This document shows, piece by piece, positions 61,397 through 64,000 of a stretch of 64,000 nt of DNA (positions are counted from its first letter, which is position 1; each line of letters begins with the position of its first letter). This DNA comes from an uncultured delta proteobacterium (GTDB taxonomy: Bacteria > Desulfobacterota > Desulfomonilia > UBA1062): positions 32,001-96,000 of the forward strand of contig CAWCTR010000009.1 of assembly GCA_963798485.1 (NCBI GenBank), in the 5' to 3' direction. The translations under genes and the position numbers were made by a program. The notes under the pieces are model-generated. The model had not been told where the DNA came from, made no database searches, and worked only from the letters and a program-made list of their open reading frames with translations.

Positions 61397-61851
61397 TCTT
61401 TTTCTTACTTTGTGAAACCCTCAAAGGAGTTCCGCCAACAAAATGGTAAACCTCCCTCTGATGACATGATGCCCAATGGACAAATGATAGTTGCATCATA
61501 AGCCCAAGACGATTACTTGCTGAATTGACCTATCCTTTAATGGGAGCTCAACCATCCCTGATATCCCTGATAGAGATATTGAAGATCCCTACGATAATTC
61601 AATGGTCCCATCTCCCTACCCTCTGCTAGAGATATCGAAATATAATCTATTGTCTCAGGAAAGGCCAACTTTGCGTTATCTGGGTTGTATAACCATGAGT
61701 GATCCTGAAGAAATAAGCAGCCAACTATCTGTATCTGACCATCTTCCAAACTTTTCCACCTGTAGTCTCTTATAAATAAATGTTGTTAAAGAATGGGAAG
61801 GGTTCTGACGAAAATCATAAGTGATAATAGAATTCAGGTAAAGGTGTACAC

Positions 61852-62241
61852 ATGGAAGTAAAAGATAAACGGCGTTATACCAGGAACCCAATAAAGATCG
61901 AGGCCAGGTATCAGGACTCTAACAGAAAAGTTCTGAAGGGCACGGTGACAAACATTGGCATCAATGGTCTATACATTGAAACTCCTCACGTCTTAGAAAG
62001 CGGCGAGATCATACGCATGACCCTGGATTTGATTGACGAGGGAAGGGTCATTTATGTGGAAGGTAAGGTCGTCCACTGTGCGCCTAGGAAAGGGATGGGT
62101 ATTGAGTTCATGGATCAGGACAACCGCGAGATTAAAAAGCTCATCAGCACTATGAGCAAGCTCGAAGAGGCATCGCTAATTGCCCTGGTAGATTGGCTTT
62201 CGATACCGACCAATAACAAATCATCGGCCAGCAAGCCCTAA
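61852..62241 (+). CDS. PilZ domain protein
   Basis: RRYTR (RxxxR), NIGINGLYI (D/NxSxxG-like), GMGIEF. Confidence 0.88.
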   Translation: MEVKDKRRYTRNPIKIEARYQDSNRKVLKGTVTNIGINGLYIETPHVLESGEIIRMTLDLIDEGRVIYVEGKVVHCAPRKGMGIEFMDQDNREIKKLISTMSKLEEASLIALVDWLSIPTNNKSSASKP

Positions 62242-62486
62242 TCCACCTTTGAGTCAGGAACCAATTTCTGAAGGCCATCGCTATTCCTCAATACTTTCCT
62301 TGCTTTCATGAGGGCATCAATGACTTTGTCGATACTCCAATTATTAATGGCAATTCCTTTATCCGTAGGAAACAATTGCCCCTGAGCATTCTTCGTGTAT
62401 ACCCGACAGTTGATGAAGGTTGTGCCCAGGTATTCATCAACATAAGTTTGCCTTATTCGAGCAGGACGAGTTTTGATTGCTTCCAC
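62238..62486 (-). CDS. PC4/p15-like ssDNA-binding protein (start uncertain, possibly degraded)
   Basis: EYLGTTFINCRVY...PTDKGIAI matches the PC4-family pattern. Confidence 0.6.
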   Translation of the reverse strand: MEAIKTRPARIRQTYVDEYLGTTFINCRVYTKNAQGQLFPTDKGIAINNWSIDKVIDALMKARKVLRNSDGLQKLVPDSKVD

Positions 62487-62583
62487 TATCCAAAGGGTGA
62501 GGTTACGATCGATCTCTTACTCAGGACGAATATAGGCCGGTTGTTTGAGCTGTCAGGTATGCTACACATCTTTACATTTCAAT

Positions 62584-62606
62584 AAAAACGCCGAATCGGC
62601 GTTTTT
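62584..62606. terminator. Bidirectional intrinsic terminator-like hairpin
   Basis: AAAAACGCCGA-A-TCGGCGTTTTT. Confidence 0.55.
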
Positions 62607-62684
62607 CTCCATTGAGTAAATGGGGAGTGGACGAAGGATTAGGAGTGGAGTGACTTATATAAAAAACAGGATCGGGAGGATATA

Positions 62685-62845
62685 AATTCGATTTATTTTC
62701 GGTTTTAAGATAGCTGAAAACTGAATATATTGTTTCCAAATCTATGGTATTAAGGCTATCGGCTCAGAGCGCCGATCCTGGCACGAACTATACAATATTT
62801 CCATATTTCCATGCTAATAAAACCGATGCTTCTTTGCGTAATCAA
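62685..62845 (+). repeat. Dispersed repeat family copy L
   Basis: TTCGATTT..TTCGGTTTT-N10-AAAACTGAA, AAATCTATGGT, TCAGAGCGCCG..CTGGCAC, AAAACCGATG...TAATC; colinear with copy J. Confidence 0.8.
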
Positions 62846-63146
62846 TGGTAAACCGTTCGAAATGGGAAGTATATATTCCTTATGAGACTGTCGAAAAAGT
62901 CAAAGGATAAAAATTAACAAAAAAATGATCTCGTAAAATGCCCTGCAATGGAAAATCTTGAATCGGGGAATGTGTTTTGATGTTCAAAATAATCAATATT
63001 GAATAACGTATTATTCTATGATATTTTAGTAGATAGTTTTTCCATCTTGATTATGAATCCTTCAAGGGGAAAAGGGAAAAGCCTTTGCATCTATGAAGCG
63101 AATGCTTCTGAGAAGATAACAATAGCATTTAGAGAGGAGGGTCTCT

Positions 63147-63941
63147 ATGTCTACCAAACGGGTTTCGTGTATGCGCAGGTTATTTCTCATTCTTTCCATC
63201 TTTCCACTCTTAGTCAGCTGCGGTGGCGGCGGCGGCGGTAGTAGTAGCGGCGACCAGACGAATGGCGTCACGGTAAACGTACAGACGGCGTTAACCTCGA
63301 TTACGACAAAGGGGCTCAACCAGAACTTCACTATCGGGGGAACATATTCATCGTACCAAGCGACTGGCAGCGGCAACGAAACAGCACTACCGGCGACTGC
63401 GGCCACCTTGAACGGGACAGACGTGCTGTTGCAATCCGCAACGTTCAGCGGGACCATCACCGTCAGCGGCTACAATGTGGCGATCTCGCAGACCAATAAG
63501 TTCTATTTCGACACGACTAATAACTACGAGATCATCGCGGAGGACGTCTCGGCTAACTCAGCCATTTCAGGCAGCTCAGGATATTTCATAGAGCATACGC
63601 CTGGGGCCGATACCTATCCGACGACGGTTAAGGCAGGTGATAGCGGCCAAGTAGGAACCATGAAGCTGTATACCGACAGCACAATGACAGACCAGATCGG
63701 GACTGCAACGATGACGTATTCTGTAGCCGCGGACGGCTCTAGCACGTCGTCGCTGCTGGTCACGTTTGTTACCGACGAGTACGACATGAGCAATACTCAC
63801 ACCCTAAAGGAAGATATGACGTACAGCGTGGACACGTCTGGAAACGTCTTGCTGGTTTCTGTTTCAAGGTCCAATGATGGTGGCAATGCCAACAGCACTG
63901 CGGGGACGACGGCGTACAACATCACGTATACATTCCAGTAA
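63147..63941 (+). CDS. Ser/Thr-rich hypothetical lipoprotein
   Basis: RBS GAGGAGG, lipobox LVSC followed by a GGGGGG linker, beta-rich body. Confidence 0.8.
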   Translation: MSTKRVSCMRRLFLILSIFPLLVSCGGGGGGSSSGDQTNGVTVNVQTALTSITTKGLNQNFTIGGTYSSYQATGSGNETALPATAATLNGTDVLLQSATFSGTITVSGYNVAISQTNKFYFDTTNNYEIIAEDVSANSAISGSSGYFIEHTPGADTYPTTVKAGDSGQVGTMKLYTDSTMTDQIGTATMTYSVAADGSSTSSLLVTFVTDEYDMSNTHTLKEDMTYSVDTSGNVLLVSVSRSNDGGNANSTAGTTAYNITYTFQ

Positions 63942-64000
63942 GCTACATAAGCTTCTGCGTCAGACATCAGGCCGATGCGTGCTTACCCTTTGAGCGCGCA

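Noticed and set aside
39915-62845. CRISPR array or integron attC array as explanation for the dispersed repeats
   Set aside because: Copies are kilobases apart, degenerate and of variable length. No cas genes, no IntI, no attC core-site ends, and the cargo genes are in mixed orientation with their own promoters.

Overview
Bacterial chromosomal window, most consistent with an anaerobic deltaproteobacterium (Desulfobacterota-like; inferred from gene content). Layout: (1) 1-6.4 kb is an AT-rich surface-glycosylation cluster. (2) 6.4-19.9 kb holds a tyrosine-recombinase remnant and gene debris, an RND efflux operon, redox genes, a MarR/ABC-2 exporter and a B12 radical SAM gene. (3) 19.9-36.6 kb is a core-like block (Fe-S/ETF oxidoreductase, etfAB, HAD/ECH fusion, TetR, acs, prpE, satP, waaA, kdsB, macro domain) ending at tRNA-Ala(GGC). 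(4) 36.6-64 kb is a mosaic accessory region of small unrelated gene modules. Most notable: about 12 copies of a degenerate, modular non-coding repeat built from inverted AAA(A)CCGATGAT-like arms lie between the accessory modules and next to the recombinase remnant. An IS110/IS1111 element and a class D group II intron fragment have each inserted precisely into conserved motifs of this repeat, as happens at integron attC sites. This suggests an undescribed recombination-site/cassette system. Also found: two adjacent selenoprotein genes missed by the ORF track (in-frame UGA plus SECIS hairpin), and a TTCCCTG-iterated element end followed by a tRNA-3'-like tail. All calls come from reading the sequence by eye; no searches were run.
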